Positions 29,805-39,824 of a stretch of DNA of 64,000 nt are shown here, piece after piece. The notes beneath the pieces are model-generated. The model was not told the origin of the DNA and ran no database searches. It was given only the letters and a program-made list of their open reading frames with translations. The number at the start of each line of letters is the position of its first letter. Position 1 is the first letter of the stretch. A program made the translations under genes and the position numbers. This DNA comes from an uncultured cyanobacterium. GTDB taxonomy: Bacteria > Cyanobacteriota > Cyanobacteriia > CAKZMO01. The stretch is taken from contig CAVRCJ010000006.1 of NCBI GenBank assembly GCA_963719515.1, positions 435,866 through 499,865 of the forward strand. Reading direction: 5' to 3'.

Positions 29805-31691
29805 ATGAAATTTTCCTGGAGAACGGTTATCCTCTGGGCATTGCCGATCTTGATCATCGGCTTCTTTATCTGGCAGAGCGCGTTTGCAGCGGGTTCGCCG
29901 GATACAGGACGTAATGCTGCTAACACCCGCATGACCTATGGCCGGTTCCTAGATCGCCTAGATGCGGGTCAAATTTCTAGCGTCGACTTCTACGATTACG
30001 GTCGGACCGCGATCGTCGACGTCGTAGATTCTAACTTGGGCACCGGCGTCACGCGCTCTCGCGTTGACCTACCCGGCAATGCCCCAGAGCTGGTCTCCAG
30101 GCTAAAGAATGAAGGGATTAGCTTTGACACCCACGCCCCCCGCAACGATGGGGCAATCTGGGGTTTCCTAGGTAACCTGATTTTCCCACTCCTGCTGATT
30201 GGTGGCCTGTTCTTGCTGTTCCGTCGCTCCGGCAACGTCGGCGGTGGTCCTGGGCAAGCCATGAACTTTGGCAAGTCGAAAGCCCGCTTCCAAATGGAGG
30301 CCAAAACCGGCGTCAAGTTTGACGATGTGGCCGGTATTGACGAGGCCAAAGAAGAGCTGCAAGAGGTGGTTACCTTCTTGAAGAAGCCCGAGCGCTTCAC
30401 TGCTGTCGGCGCCCGCATCCCTAAAGGTGTACTGCTGGTGGGTCCGCCGGGAACGGGTAAAACCCTACTGGCTAAAGCGATCGCTGGCGAAGCCGGGGTG
30501 CCTTTCTTCTCCATCTCCGGCTCTGAGTTTGTAGAAATGTTCGTCGGTGTAGGAGCCTCCCGCGTTCGCGATTTGTTTAAGAAAGCGAAAGAGAATGCCC
30601 CCTGCATCATCTTTATCGACGAGATTGACGCCGTAGGTCGCCAGCGGGGCGCGGGCATCGGCGGTGGCAATGACGAGCGCGAGCAAACCCTTAACCAGCT
30701 GCTCACCGAGATGGACGGTTTTGAAGGCAACACCGGCATCATCATCATCGCGGCCACCAACCGAGCCGACGTTCTAGACTCAGCGCTGCTGCGTCCCGGT
30801 CGCTTTGACCGTCAGGTGAGCGTTGACCCGCCCGATATCAAAGGCCGCCTAGAGGTTCTAGAAGTCCACGCCCGCGATAAAAAGCTGGGCAAGGATATTT
30901 CTCTCGACACCATCGCCCGCCGCACCCCCGGATTCACGGGAGCTGATTTGGCCAACTTGCTCAACGAAGCGGCCATTCTCACCGCCCGTCGCCGGAAGGA
31001 AGCCATCACCATGGCGGAAATCAACGACGCCGTGGACCGCGTGGTAGCGGGTATGGAAGGCACGCCGCTGATTGACAGCAAGAGCAAGCGCCTGATTGCC
31101 TACCACGAGATCGGTCACGCCATTATTGGCACCCTAGTCAAGGGCCACGACCCCGTCCAAAAGGTAACCCTTGTGCCTCGGGGTCAGGCCCGTGGTTTGA
31201 CCTGGTTTACCCCCAACGAAGAGCAGTCGCTGATTTCGCGATCGCAGCTGCTAGCCCGCATCACGGGTGCGCTGGGGGGACGGGCCGCTGAGCAGGTGGT
31301 CTTTGGCGACTCTGAGGTGACCACTGGCGCAGGCAACGACCTGCAGCAGGTAACCGGCATGGCCCGTCAGATGGTCACGCGGTTTGGCATGTCAAACTTG
31401 GGGCCGCTGTCCTTAGAAGGTCAGCAGAGCGAGGTGTTCCTGGGCAACAACTTGATGACCCGCTCTGAGTACTCTGAGGAGATTGCCGCTCGCATCGACG
31501 CGCAGGTGCGCAGCATTGTTGAGCACTGCTATGAGGATTCTTGCCACATCATTGAGGACAATCGGGTGGTCATCGATCGTCTGGTGGACTTGCTGATTGA
31601 GAAAGAGACCATCGATGGCGATGAGTTTCGTCAAATTGTGGCTGAGTATGCCGATATTCCTGAGAAGGAGCAGTTTGTGCCCCAACTGTAG
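29805..31691 (+). CDS. ftsH2: ATP-dependent zinc metalloprotease FtsH (FtsH2 type)
   Basis: MKFSWR N-terminus, [25 protein letters not shown]. Confidence 0.95.
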   Translation: MKFSWRTVILWALPILIIGFFIWQSAFAAGSPDTGRNAANTRMTYGRFLDRLDAGQISSVDFYDYGRTAIVDVVDSNLGTGVTRSRVDLPGNAPELVSRLKNEGISFDTHAPRNDGAIWGFLGNLIFPLLLIGGLFLLFRRSGNVGGGPGQAMNFGKSKARFQMEAKTGVKFDDVAGIDEAKEELQEVVTFLKKPERFTAVGARIPKGVLLVGPPGTGKTLLAKAIAGEAGVPFFSISGSEFVEMFVGVGASRVRDLFKKAKENAPCIIFIDEIDAVGRQRGAGIGGGNDEREQTLNQLLTEMDGFEGNTGIIIIAATNRADVLDSALLRPGRFDRQVSVDPPDIKGRLEVLEVHARDKKLGKDISLDTIARRTPGFTGADLANLLNEAAILTARRRKEAITMAEINDAVDRVVAGMEGTPLIDSKSKRLIAYHEIGHAIIGTLVKGHDPVQKVTLVPRGQARGLTWFTPNEEQSLISRSQLLARITGALGGRAAEQVVFGDSEVTTGAGNDLQQVTGMARQMVTRFGMSNLGPLSLEGQQSEVFLGNNLMTRSEYSEEIAARIDAQVRSIVEHCYEDSCHIIEDNRVVIDRLVDLLIEKETIDGDEFRQIVAEYADIPEKEQFVPQL

Positions 31692-31747
31692 GGCCTCAAG
31701 CCTAAAAGCTTGAGCTGCATGTCGAGTCACTCATGAGTGACTCAGTA

Positions 31748-31775
31748 GGGATGTGACGACGTCACATCCCTTTTT
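31748..31775 (+). terminator. Intrinsic terminator of ftsH2
   Basis: GGGATGTGAC-GAC-GTCACATCCC followed by TTTTT. Confidence 0.8.
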
Positions 31776-31796
31776 GCGGTGTAGACGTTTCGCCAA

Positions 31797-31838
31797 CACA
31801 GCGCTTCTGGCACAGCGCTTTTGGCACAGCGCTCTTGT
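31797..31838. repeat. Three 14-bp direct repeats
   Basis: CACAGCGCTTCTGG / CACAGCGCTTTTGG / CACAGCGCTCTTGT. Confidence 0.8.
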
Positions 31839-31933
31839 AGGGCTTCGGTCTAAGCAAAAACACCTCTCGCGCTAGAAGAAACGCGGATCACTATTTGCTA
31901 CCTTAAAGCCTGATACCCACGACTACAATCACT

Positions 31934-32440
31934 ATGTCTGACGCAAAGACTCAGTCCCAGCAGCTCAATAAGCTGAGGGAGCTCATTAAAGATATTGAAA
32001 TTGCCATGCTGACTACAGTTGCCGAAGACGGCAGCCTTCACAGCCGGCCTATGTCGTCAAACGGCCATATCGACGCTGATTTTGGCCTCTGGTTCTTTAC
32101 CTACGCCGACTCAGTCAAGGTTGACGAGGTTGACCAAGAGCACCAGGTCAACGTCAGCTTTTCCTGCCCTGAAAAGCAGAAATATGTTTCTGTTTCAGGC
32201 AAGGCCTCCCTAGTCACAGATCACGGTAAGATCGAATCTCTGTGGAGCCCTGAGCAGCAGGCCTGGTTCCCCAAGGGCCTCGAGGAGCCGGGGCTGGCGC
32301 TGCTAAAGGTCGTACCGCATACGGCGGAATATTGGGACGCACCGTCCAGCCTTGTTGCCCACACCATTGGTCTTGTCAAATCGGTGACTACGGGTGAGCA
32401 AGCTAGCCCCGGCGAGAACGAGACAGTCGTCTTCAACTGA
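31934..32440 (+). CDS. Pyridoxamine 5'-phosphate oxidase-like / general stress protein 26 family
   Basis: IAMLTT..DGSLHSRPM, LWFFT, YVSVSG, AWFPKG, AEYWD. Confidence 0.88.
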   Translation: MSDAKTQSQQLNKLRELIKDIEIAMLTTVAEDGSLHSRPMSSNGHIDADFGLWFFTYADSVKVDEVDQEHQVNVSFSCPEKQKYVSVSGKASLVTDHGKIESLWSPEQQAWFPKGLEEPGLALLKVVPHTAEYWDAPSSLVAHTIGLVKSVTTGEQASPGENETVVFN

Positions 32441-32503
32441 TTCCGACCGCTCTTAACTTTGGATGGTGCTGGGCTGCAGTACGCTGGACGCCAGTATCAA
32501 GAC

Positions 32504-32533
32504 ATAGGGGGCACAGCATGCTGTGCCCCCTAT
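32504..32533. terminator. Perfect 30-bp palindrome between convergent genes (REP-like, probable bidirectional terminator)
   Basis: ATAGGGGGCACAGCA|TGCTGTGCCCCCTAT; the same core recurs at 46435-46540. Confidence 0.7.
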
Positions 32534-32575
32534 CTTTTCGCTGTTCTGTACCCAGCTGCGAGGCCTCGATAGACT

Positions 32576-34291
32576 TTAAGGTTGGCTTACCTGCTCATTA
32601 AACTGAGAGACGCCAACGGCGGGCAGCAGGGCGGCTGCCTGTGTCGTTGAGTACTGAGCGATCGCCTGCACCGCTGCGCCGATAAGCCGGGTTGGCTGTA
32701 GATCATCTTTCACAAGCTCCCACAGTCGGGCGACTTCCTCGGTATGGAGACGGTCGTCTTCTACCAGGGCAAGCAGCACCTGCCGCCGCAAGAATTCCCC
32801 TTCTTCTGAGAGCAGGTAGGTTGCTCCCATACGGGCCGTGGGCAGCAGGTCAAAGGTTGAGCTACTGCGGGCGATACTGATTAGATTTTCCAGGCGGTGC
32901 CACTGAAATCTATCATCTTTGAACAAAATCTGTAGCAGTCGCCTGCGGAAGGCCGGAGACTCCTCGCTCAGCAGGCGACGAGCCACGTAGGGATAGGCCA
33001 CCTCGACAATGCGAAAGTCGGGGTTGAGGCTGAGGGCTAGCCCCTCTTGGGTTACCAGTGAGCGAATAATTAGGGCAAACTTGGCGGGGACGCGAAAGGG
33101 ATACTGATACATCAGTTCGGAGAACTGATCGGTAATACTCTTGAAGTTAAAGTCGCGTACGCTCTCACCGATGGCGTTGTCAAACACTGCCTCTAGGGCG
33201 GGAATGATGGGCTGGATATCAGTGTCGGGCGTTAAGAAGCCAAGCCTAACAAAGTCACCGGCAAGGTCGGCGTAGTCCTTGTTTATCAAATGAACTACTG
33301 CATCTACTAAGGTTTCTTTAGTGTGCTGATCAAGCTGGTCCATCATGCCAAAGTCGATGTAGGCCATACGACCATCACCCAAGGCAAACAGATTGCCAGG
33401 GTGGGGATCAGCGTGGAAGAAGCCGTGCTCTAGCAGCTGCCGCAGCCCTGAGGTGACGCCGACCTCAATGAGCGTGTCGGTATCGAGCCCAGTCTCTTGA
33501 ATCCGGGCCGTGTCCGTAAGCTTGAATCCGTCAATCCACTCCAGGGTCAGGACGTGGGTGCTGCAGTAGGGCCAATAGATGGCCGGCACCTTCACCTCCG
33601 GATCTCCCTCAAAGTTGGCCGCAAATTTTTCGGCGTTCTGCCCCTCGTGCAGGTAGTCCACCTCTTCAAAGAGTTTGGTGCCAAACTCGTCGACAATTAG
33701 CTGTAGGTCAAACCCCAAGTTGAGGGGAAGCCAGGGGGCAATCCAGCCCGCTGCCCAGCGCAGCAGATAGAGATCGAGGGAGATTTTAGGGGTCAAGTTA
33801 GGCCGCTGCACCTTGATCGCCACGGTTTCACCGCTGTGGAGCATTGCCTTATAGACTTGACCCAGGCTAGCCGCCGCGACTGGGGCCTGAGGAAATTCGC
33901 GGTACAGGCTGCTGATAGGCTGACCTAGCTCAGCCTCGACAATCGCCCGAGCTTTGGGAGTAGGAAAGGGAGGGAGCTGGTCCTGCAGCTTGATCAGCTC
34001 TTCGAGGTAGTCCAGTCTCACCAGGTCGGGCCGAGTTGAGAGCGCTTGCCCGACCTTAATAAAGGTTGGCCCCAGGCGGGTTAAGATACGGCGCAGCTGC
34101 GCCGCCCGCAAGAGGCTGGCGGCTGCAGGGCGACGTAGCCACTTGTCTAGCTTGACGCTGATGAGGAGGCTTAGAAATGGCAAAAGGATAGCTAAAGTTC
34201 GCCAGATAGTTTGCCACGGGCGACGGCCATAGTAGCGGGCGATCGCCCTCGAGTCGTAGAAGGTCAGCTGGTCTAGCGGGTGCTTCCTCAC
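32576..34291 (-). CDS. AarF/ABC1/UbiB family kinase
   Basis: LGPTFIKVGQ, AAASLGQVY, VAIKVQRP, FFHADPHPGN, YIDFGM. Confidence 0.93.
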   Translation of the reverse strand: MRKHPLDQLTFYDSRAIARYYGRRPWQTIWRTLAILLPFLSLLISVKLDKWLRRPAAASLLRAAQLRRILTRLGPTFIKVGQALSTRPDLVRLDYLEELIKLQDQLPPFPTPKARAIVEAELGQPISSLYREFPQAPVAAASLGQVYKAMLHSGETVAIKVQRPNLTPKISLDLYLLRWAAGWIAPWLPLNLGFDLQLIVDEFGTKLFEEVDYLHEGQNAEKFAANFEGDPEVKVPAIYWPYCSTHVLTLEWIDGFKLTDTARIQETGLDTDTLIEVGVTSGLRQLLEHGFFHADPHPGNLFALGDGRMAYIDFGMMDQLDQHTKETLVDAVVHLINKDYADLAGDFVRLGFLTPDTDIQPIIPALEAVFDNAIGESVRDFNFKSITDQFSELMYQYPFRVPAKFALIIRSLVTQEGLALSLNPDFRIVEVAYPYVARRLLSEESPAFRRRLLQILFKDDRFQWHRLENLISIARSSSTFDLLPTARMGATYLLSEEGEFLRRQVLLALVEDDRLHTEEVARLWELVKDDLQPTRLIGAAVQAIAQYSTTQAAALLPAVGVSQFNEQVSQP

Positions 34292-34575
34292 GCGTCAATC
34301 CCCTTGATAGTCGGACAGCAAGACACCTAAACTCATCTTTCCTAGGCGTATGTCCTTAGGGCATCGGCACCTCAGACGCTGATCTCTAGGGCATTGACCC
34401 TAATAAGGGCCGTTCGAATCAGGCCGAGAAGGTTAGACTTTTGAGAGGTATCTTACAATTAGTATAATAAAGTACAAGTTTTTTTACACCTGTCTTGACG
34501 AAAGTTATTGTTTTAGGTTAGGACAGGGCGATCGCCTCAGCACTAGCGGCGGCAGCGCTATTCCCCCCGGCAGCG

Positions 34576-35958
34576 CTACTTTTCCGGTAGCTCTAGCACC
34601 TCCTGATAGAGCTGCACATACTTCTGTGCCGACTTATCCCAGCTGAAGTCTACCCCCATGCCCCGCTGCTGCAGCGCTTGCCAATCTGCCTTGTGCCGGT
34701 AGCCCTCCCAAGCTCGCACCATGCAGGTGTATAGGTCCAGCGGCTCATAGCGATCGAAGCTGTAGCCTGTCCCAGCCTTGCCGACCGGATCGTGGTGCTG
34801 CACCGTGTCCACCAGGCCGCCCGTCCGCCGCACGACCGGAACGCAGCCGTAGCGCAGCGCAATCATCTGGCTGATGCCGCAGGGTTCAAACCGCGAGGGC
34901 ATCAAGAAGGCGTCAGACCCGGCATAGATGCGGCGAGACAGACCGTCGTTGTAGAGCAAGTAGGCTGACATCCGCCCTGGAAACTTAGAGGCGATTTGCC
35001 ACAGCTGGGTTTCGTAGTAGCGATCGCCCGTCCCCAGCACGATGAACTGGGCATTGGAGTATGCCAAAAACCGCTCAACGGTTTGCAAAATTAGGTCTAG
35101 GCCTTTTTGCTCCACGAGGCGCGACACCATACCCATGAGAAAGGCCCCCGAGTTCACCTCTAGACCCACCTCTTCTTGGATCGCCACCTTGTTTTTGCGG
35201 CGCTGATCGAGGGTGTCGGGGCCGAAGGTAGCGGCAATCTGCTTGTCGGTTTCGGGGTTAAACGAAGTCAAGTCGATGCCGTTTACGATGCCTACTAGCT
35301 TTTCGCTAATAAAGGAGAGGAGACCCTCTAGGGTTTCGCCATAGGCTGCCGTTTGGATCTGCTGAGCGTAGGTGGGCGATACCGTATTGACCCTATCTGC
35401 GAACTGAACCGCAGCGGCCATAGTGTTGTGTCCCTGCATGTACCAGGGGCACCAAGTCATTTTCTCTAGCTTCCAGCGCCACGGACCTTGATACGCTAGG
35501 TTGTGAATGGTAAATACCGTTGAGATGTCGGGCGTTTGGTGCATCCAGACCGGAATCATGCCGGTGTGCCAGTCGTGGCAATGCATGATTTGAGGCTTCC
35601 AGTGGTTCCAGGAAAATTCAGCCGCCCCGTTGGCAAACAGCGTGAACCGCCAGTCTTCGTTGTCACCCCCGTACACCCGTCGGGGTGCAAAGGCTGGGTG
35701 GCCAAAAAGATAGACGGGAACGTCGGAGCTAGGTAACGTAGTTTGATAGACGGCAAAAGATTCAAACATCGCTGAGCCGCGCCATACGGGCTCTTTGGGA
35801 ATGTCGACTTTGTCAGGCAAGAAGCCGTAGTAAGGCATGAATATGCGGACGTCGTGCCCCATGGCGCGGAGCACTTTTGGAAGTGAGCCTACGACATCCC
35901 CCATGCCGCCGATTTTGGCCAGCGGCGCCGCCTCAGCTGCGACAAATAAAATGCGCAT
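34576..35958 (-). CDS. glgA: Glycogen synthase
   Basis: [39 protein letters not shown]. Confidence 0.96.
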   Translation of the reverse strand: MRILFVAAEAAPLAKIGGMGDVVGSLPKVLRAMGHDVRIFMPYYGFLPDKVDIPKEPVWRGSAMFESFAVYQTTLPSSDVPVYLFGHPAFAPRRVYGGDNEDWRFTLFANGAAEFSWNHWKPQIMHCHDWHTGMIPVWMHQTPDISTVFTIHNLAYQGPWRWKLEKMTWCPWYMQGHNTMAAAVQFADRVNTVSPTYAQQIQTAAYGETLEGLLSFISEKLVGIVNGIDLTSFNPETDKQIAATFGPDTLDQRRKNKVAIQEEVGLEVNSGAFLMGMVSRLVEQKGLDLILQTVERFLAYSNAQFIVLGTGDRYYETQLWQIASKFPGRMSAYLLYNDGLSRRIYAGSDAFLMPSRFEPCGISQMIALRYGCVPVVRRTGGLVDTVQHHDPVGKAGTGYSFDRYEPLDLYTCMVRAWEGYRHKADWQALQQRGMGVDFSWDKSAQKYVQLYQEVLELPEK

Positions 35959-36196
35959 TCTCTCTTGCCTATCCCCCAGTTAGAATTTCTCTAAGACAAG
36001 TCTAATGGCCTCTGGTCACCGTGCATAGTAGCTGATTGGAAGCAGGCTCGTCGCGCATACGTCAGCCAAGTGGGAGAGGCAAACTCTCTCAACTGTCAGT
36101 TAAATTGAGTTACCCAGTTTCCCGGTGCCGATCTGCTTTGATGCCCTCTTGCTGCACACTGGGCTTACACTTCAGTCGTTTGGAGAGTTTTAAACT

Positions 36197-36535
36197 ATGC
36201 TCAAGCGGATTGAGGAGGCTTACCCCGACTATCAGCAGCGCTTTTTCGATGGCCGCGATGTCGTAGGCTTCAAAGTCGTCACAAACGGCGATCTCGTCAC
36301 CATCGGCACTGTCGACACCGTTTTGGTCGACGGTGAGGGACAGCTGAAGGCGCTTGTACTTAACCTGGGTCTGCTATCAACGACTCAGCGCCTGCTGTCG
36401 ATGAAGCACTCCCGTATCGATCTCGATTCGCAGTGCATCACCACAGCCTACATTCAGCAGCAGGAGCAGGTGGACAGCTTGCCTGTTTTCGATGCAGATG
36501 ATCTGGCCGCTGTGGACCAGGCTGATTTGGCCTAA
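36197..36535 (+). CDS. PRC-barrel domain protein
   Basis: VVGFKV...IGTVDTVLVDGEGQLKALV pattern. Confidence 0.7.
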   Translation: MLKRIEEAYPDYQQRFFDGRDVVGFKVVTNGDLVTIGTVDTVLVDGEGQLKALVLNLGLLSTTQRLLSMKHSRIDLDSQCITTAYIQQQEQVDSLPVFDADDLAAVDQADLA

Positions 36536-36603
36536 GCTACTTAGTTCAGGCCGATCTGACATAAGCCCCACTGACCTTAACTATTGAGCCGCGAGCTACC
36601 ACC

Positions 36604-37566
36604 ATGATTCAAACGGCCTACCTTATTTTTAATCCCGTCGCGGGCCAGGGCAACCCTGAGGCAGATTTAGCGCTCATTCGCTCCACCCTAGAGCCCAAAA
36701 TCGACCTGGATATTCACGAGACGACCAAAGAGATCGGTGCCGATAAGCTCGCTAATCAAGCGCTAGAGGCCGGTGTAGAGGCGATTTTCGTATCCGGCGG
36801 TGACGGCACCATCTCCTCAGCGGCCAATGCACTGATCGGCACCAGCATACCTCTAGGCATCATTTCTCGGGGAACGGCGAATGCCTTTGCCAATGCGCTA
36901 GGCCTACCGGATGGCATTGAGCAGGCCTGTCAAACAATTTTGCAGGGCAAGACAAAGCAGATTGACGTTGCCACTTGTAACGACAAACCGATGGTGCTGC
37001 TAGCGGGCATCGGGTTTGAGGCGGAGGCCATCGAAAAGGCCGATCGCACCCTTAAGAATCGCCTGGGCCGTCTGGCCTACGTATTTTCCAGCTTTCGCGA
37101 GCTGAGAAACATCGAGAAATTTGAAGCGACGATTGAAACAGACGACAAGACTATCGAGCTAGACGCCACCGCAATCACTATCGCCAATGCGGCTCCTCCC
37201 ACCTCAATTTTGGCTCAAGGTCCTGCTGGCGTTTTGGTCGACGACGGCTACCTCGACCTAACGGTAATGACCACTGAGGGATTCACAAACGCCCTGTCCG
37301 CAGGGTTTAGGCTGCTGCGCTCCGCTATGAACAACGACGCGGTAGACGACCGCGATGACATTGGCTTTCTGCGATCGCGCCACATCAAGGTCAAAGCCGA
37401 GCCCCCCCAAAAGGTCGTCTTGGATGGTGAAATCATCGGCTACACCCCCATTGACATCGAATGTGTCCCCCTAGGGCTAACGATCTTTGTGCCAGGTGAG
37501 CAGGCGCCGCAGCCCAGCGAAGGGATTGAGCAGATGCCCAACGCGACGGTGACGGAGAAGACTTAA
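36604..37566 (+). CDS. YegS/BmrU family lipid (diacylglycerol) kinase
   Basis: FNPVAG, GGDGT, GTANAFA, LDGE. Confidence 0.92.
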   Translation: MIQTAYLIFNPVAGQGNPEADLALIRSTLEPKIDLDIHETTKEIGADKLANQALEAGVEAIFVSGGDGTISSAANALIGTSIPLGIISRGTANAFANALGLPDGIEQACQTILQGKTKQIDVATCNDKPMVLLAGIGFEAEAIEKADRTLKNRLGRLAYVFSSFRELRNIEKFEATIETDDKTIELDATAITIANAAPPTSILAQGPAGVLVDDGYLDLTVMTTEGFTNALSAGFRLLRSAMNNDAVDDRDDIGFLRSRHIKVKAEPPQKVVLDGEIIGYTPIDIECVPLGLTIFVPGEQAPQPSEGIEQMPNATVTEKT

Positions 37567-37688
37567 GGCTTCGGCTTGACATCGCGTAGGCTGGCATCGC
37601 GTAGACCCCCAAGCGCTACAGCCAGTACATAGCGCTGCACAGACCCCAAGACGCGCTACTCTAGGCTTGACGCTACTCAATTTTCTGT

Positions 37689-38333
37689 ATGCTAACCGTT
37701 GCTCTTCCCAAAGGGGCGCTCCTCAAAGATAGCGTTGCGCTATTTAAGCAGGTTGGTCTCGATTTCGAGATCTTGCTCGATAAGGCCAACCGCCAGCTTG
37801 AGGTGTGGGATCCCACCCACAGCGCGAGGGCGCTGCTGGTGCGCAACTCTGACGTTCCGGTCTATGTAGAGTATGGACAGGCCCAGCTTGGCGTTGTAGG
37901 CTACGACGTGCTGCGGGAAAAGCAGTCTGCGGTGGCCCACCTTGTAGACCTTAGGTTCGGCTACTGCCGCATGTGCGTCGCGGTGAAGCAAGATAGTTCC
38001 TACCGCCGCACTCTTGACCTCCCTCCCCACTGCCGTATCGCGTCCAAGTTTGTCTCCTGCGCCCGCGAGTATTTCGACCAGCTGGATATGTCAGTGGAGG
38101 TCGTCCCGCTCCACGGCTCTGTTGAGCTAGGTCCCATTACCGGTATGTCAGAGGCGATCGTCGATCTCGTAGCGACGGGAACAACCTTGAGAGAGAATAA
38201 CCTAATCGAGATTGAACAGCTGTTCGAGAGCACGGCGCGGCTGATTGCTAATCCGGTGAGCTACCGTCTGGACCAGGCCGGCATGCACAGTCATATCGAC
38301 CACATTCGCCAGCAGGTCCTTGCGGCGGCGTGA
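37689..38333 (+). CDS. hisG: ATP phosphoribosyltransferase (short form)
   Basis: [37 protein letters not shown]. Confidence 0.95.
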   Translation: MLTVALPKGALLKDSVALFKQVGLDFEILLDKANRQLEVWDPTHSARALLVRNSDVPVYVEYGQAQLGVVGYDVLREKQSAVAHLVDLRFGYCRMCVAVKQDSSYRRTLDLPPHCRIASKFVSCAREYFDQLDMSVEVVPLHGSVELGPITGMSEAIVDLVATGTTLRENNLIEIEQLFESTARLIANPVSYRLDQAGMHSHIDHIRQQVLAAA

Positions 38334-38544
38334 TTTCTTAACCTTGCGCCTGCCTTTGACGCACACCCTACAGCCAAAATTCGCGGTTGGAGAGTTCAAT
38401 AGGGGCAACAGTTCTGCCTATACTAAGTCAAGTTGCCTTAGCTGTGATTTATGATTGCTAGGCGATCGCTCTTTAAAGCGATACCCCAGCCGATACTTCA
38501 GCTCGTTTTTCCCAATCCGGTTAGCACCGTAACTTAGACCAGCA

Positions 38545-38796
38545 ATGCCAAGAAAACCCAGCGAATACGCCGTTCACCTGTTTATGGAAGGGGGGCACCG
38601 AGAAGAGGTGCGCTTCAATGAGATTCAGGACTTTCAAAAGTGGTACAGCACTGAGTTTGTCAGCAAGTCAAACTCAGACGACTTTATCAGCGTTCCTTTG
38701 AAGACAATTCAGGGAGAGCATATGGTGGTGCGGCCTTCCCGAGTCGTTGCGATTCGCATTGAGCCTATCTTTTCCTCTAGCGTCGAACGGTTTTAG
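38545..38796 (+). CDS. Small hypothetical protein
   Basis: 83-aa ATG ORF, globular composition, fills the intergenic gap. Confidence 0.75.
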   Translation: MPRKPSEYAVHLFMEGGHREEVRFNEIQDFQKWYSTEFVSKSNSDDFISVPLKTIQGEHMVVRPSRVVAIRIEPIFSSSVERF

Positions 38797-38823
38797 CCTT
38801 GGCCACGATGAGGCCCACTGCGC

Positions 38824-39819
38824 TTACGTCAAAGCGATGACCTCGCGGGCGATCGCCGACCGTCTTGCTGCGTCTGCCACCCGCAGCGCATAGAGGCTTT
38901 GGGCGGCTGTAACGTAGAGCTGGCTTTGATTAGGGTTGAGAACCGCATCTAGCACCAAAGCCGTATCTCGAGCGAACAGGCCGCGGCGGCTGCCCACGGT
39001 CAAGGGTCGCCTTTCCGCTTCCAAAAGCAGCTCACCCGCTTCTCGGTCAACCCGCAGCCGCCCCTTTTCACCCTGCACGTCTAACCGCCGCTGGCTATCC
39101 CAGATGGCCTGCCCCTTGCCGTAAACGACATCCGCCAAAAGCCCGCTGGCAAACCGCAGCTGGGCGCTACAGAGCACCGCGCCGAATCTGTCTTGGGTCT
39201 CTGGCGGCAAAGGGCTACCGCTGGGCGACCAGATTTGACTGCTGCAGGTGACCGTCGCGACCTGACCAAATAGGTCGACCAGCCGGTGGATACGAGACAA
39301 CGCACCGACTAGCGGAAACCCTAGCAGCTCAGACGAATAGCTCCAGCGCTGCGGGGCGGGGCGCTGCGGGGCCATGCTGACATAGCGGGCGTAGAATGGC
39401 GCTCCAATTTCCGGCAGCGCCTCTCGAAGGGTGTGATGGATGCCGCTGAGCAGCTCTATGTGCTCTACGTGCAGCAGCGTGCCCTGACGCTGGGCTGCCT
39501 CGACAATAGCGATCGCTTCCTGGAGATCGATGGCGAGCGGGTACTCAACAACGGTTGCCTTGCCGCAATCTACCGCCGCCCTAGCAACCGGACCGTGGTC
39601 GCGATTGACGGTAGCTACCACAACCAGGTCAATGTCCTGGCGCTGCACCAGCTCAGGCCAAGGCAGTACCTCTGCGCCGTAAGACTGGGCGAACGTCGCT
39701 GTGCGCTCCGGAGAACCTCCAGCTACAGCAGTCAGCTGCGCTCTCGAGTCTGACAAAACAGCCTCCGCCCGCTGGCGAGCGGCGTATCCGGTTCCAACTA
39801 ACCCAACGCGGATTGTCAA
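38824..39819 (-). CDS. bvdR: Gfo/Idh/MocA oxidoreductase, probable biliverdin reductase
   Basis: VGTGYAA Rossmann loop, VVEYP, HVEHIELL, SRRGLF. Confidence 0.75.
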   Translation of the reverse strand: MTIRVGLVGTGYAARQRAEAVLSDSRAQLTAVAGGSPERTATFAQSYGAEVLPWPELVQRQDIDLVVVATVNRDHGPVARAAVDCGKATVVEYPLAIDLQEAIAIVEAAQRQGTLLHVEHIELLSGIHHTLREALPEIGAPFYARYVSMAPQRPAPQRWSYSSELLGFPLVGALSRIHRLVDLFGQVATVTCSSQIWSPSGSPLPPETQDRFGAVLCSAQLRFASGLLADVVYGKGQAIWDSQRRLDVQGEKGRLRVDREAGELLLEAERRPLTVGSRRGLFARDTALVLDAVLNPNQSQLYVTAAQSLYALRVADAARRSAIAREVIALT

Positions 39820-39824
39820 TCGCT

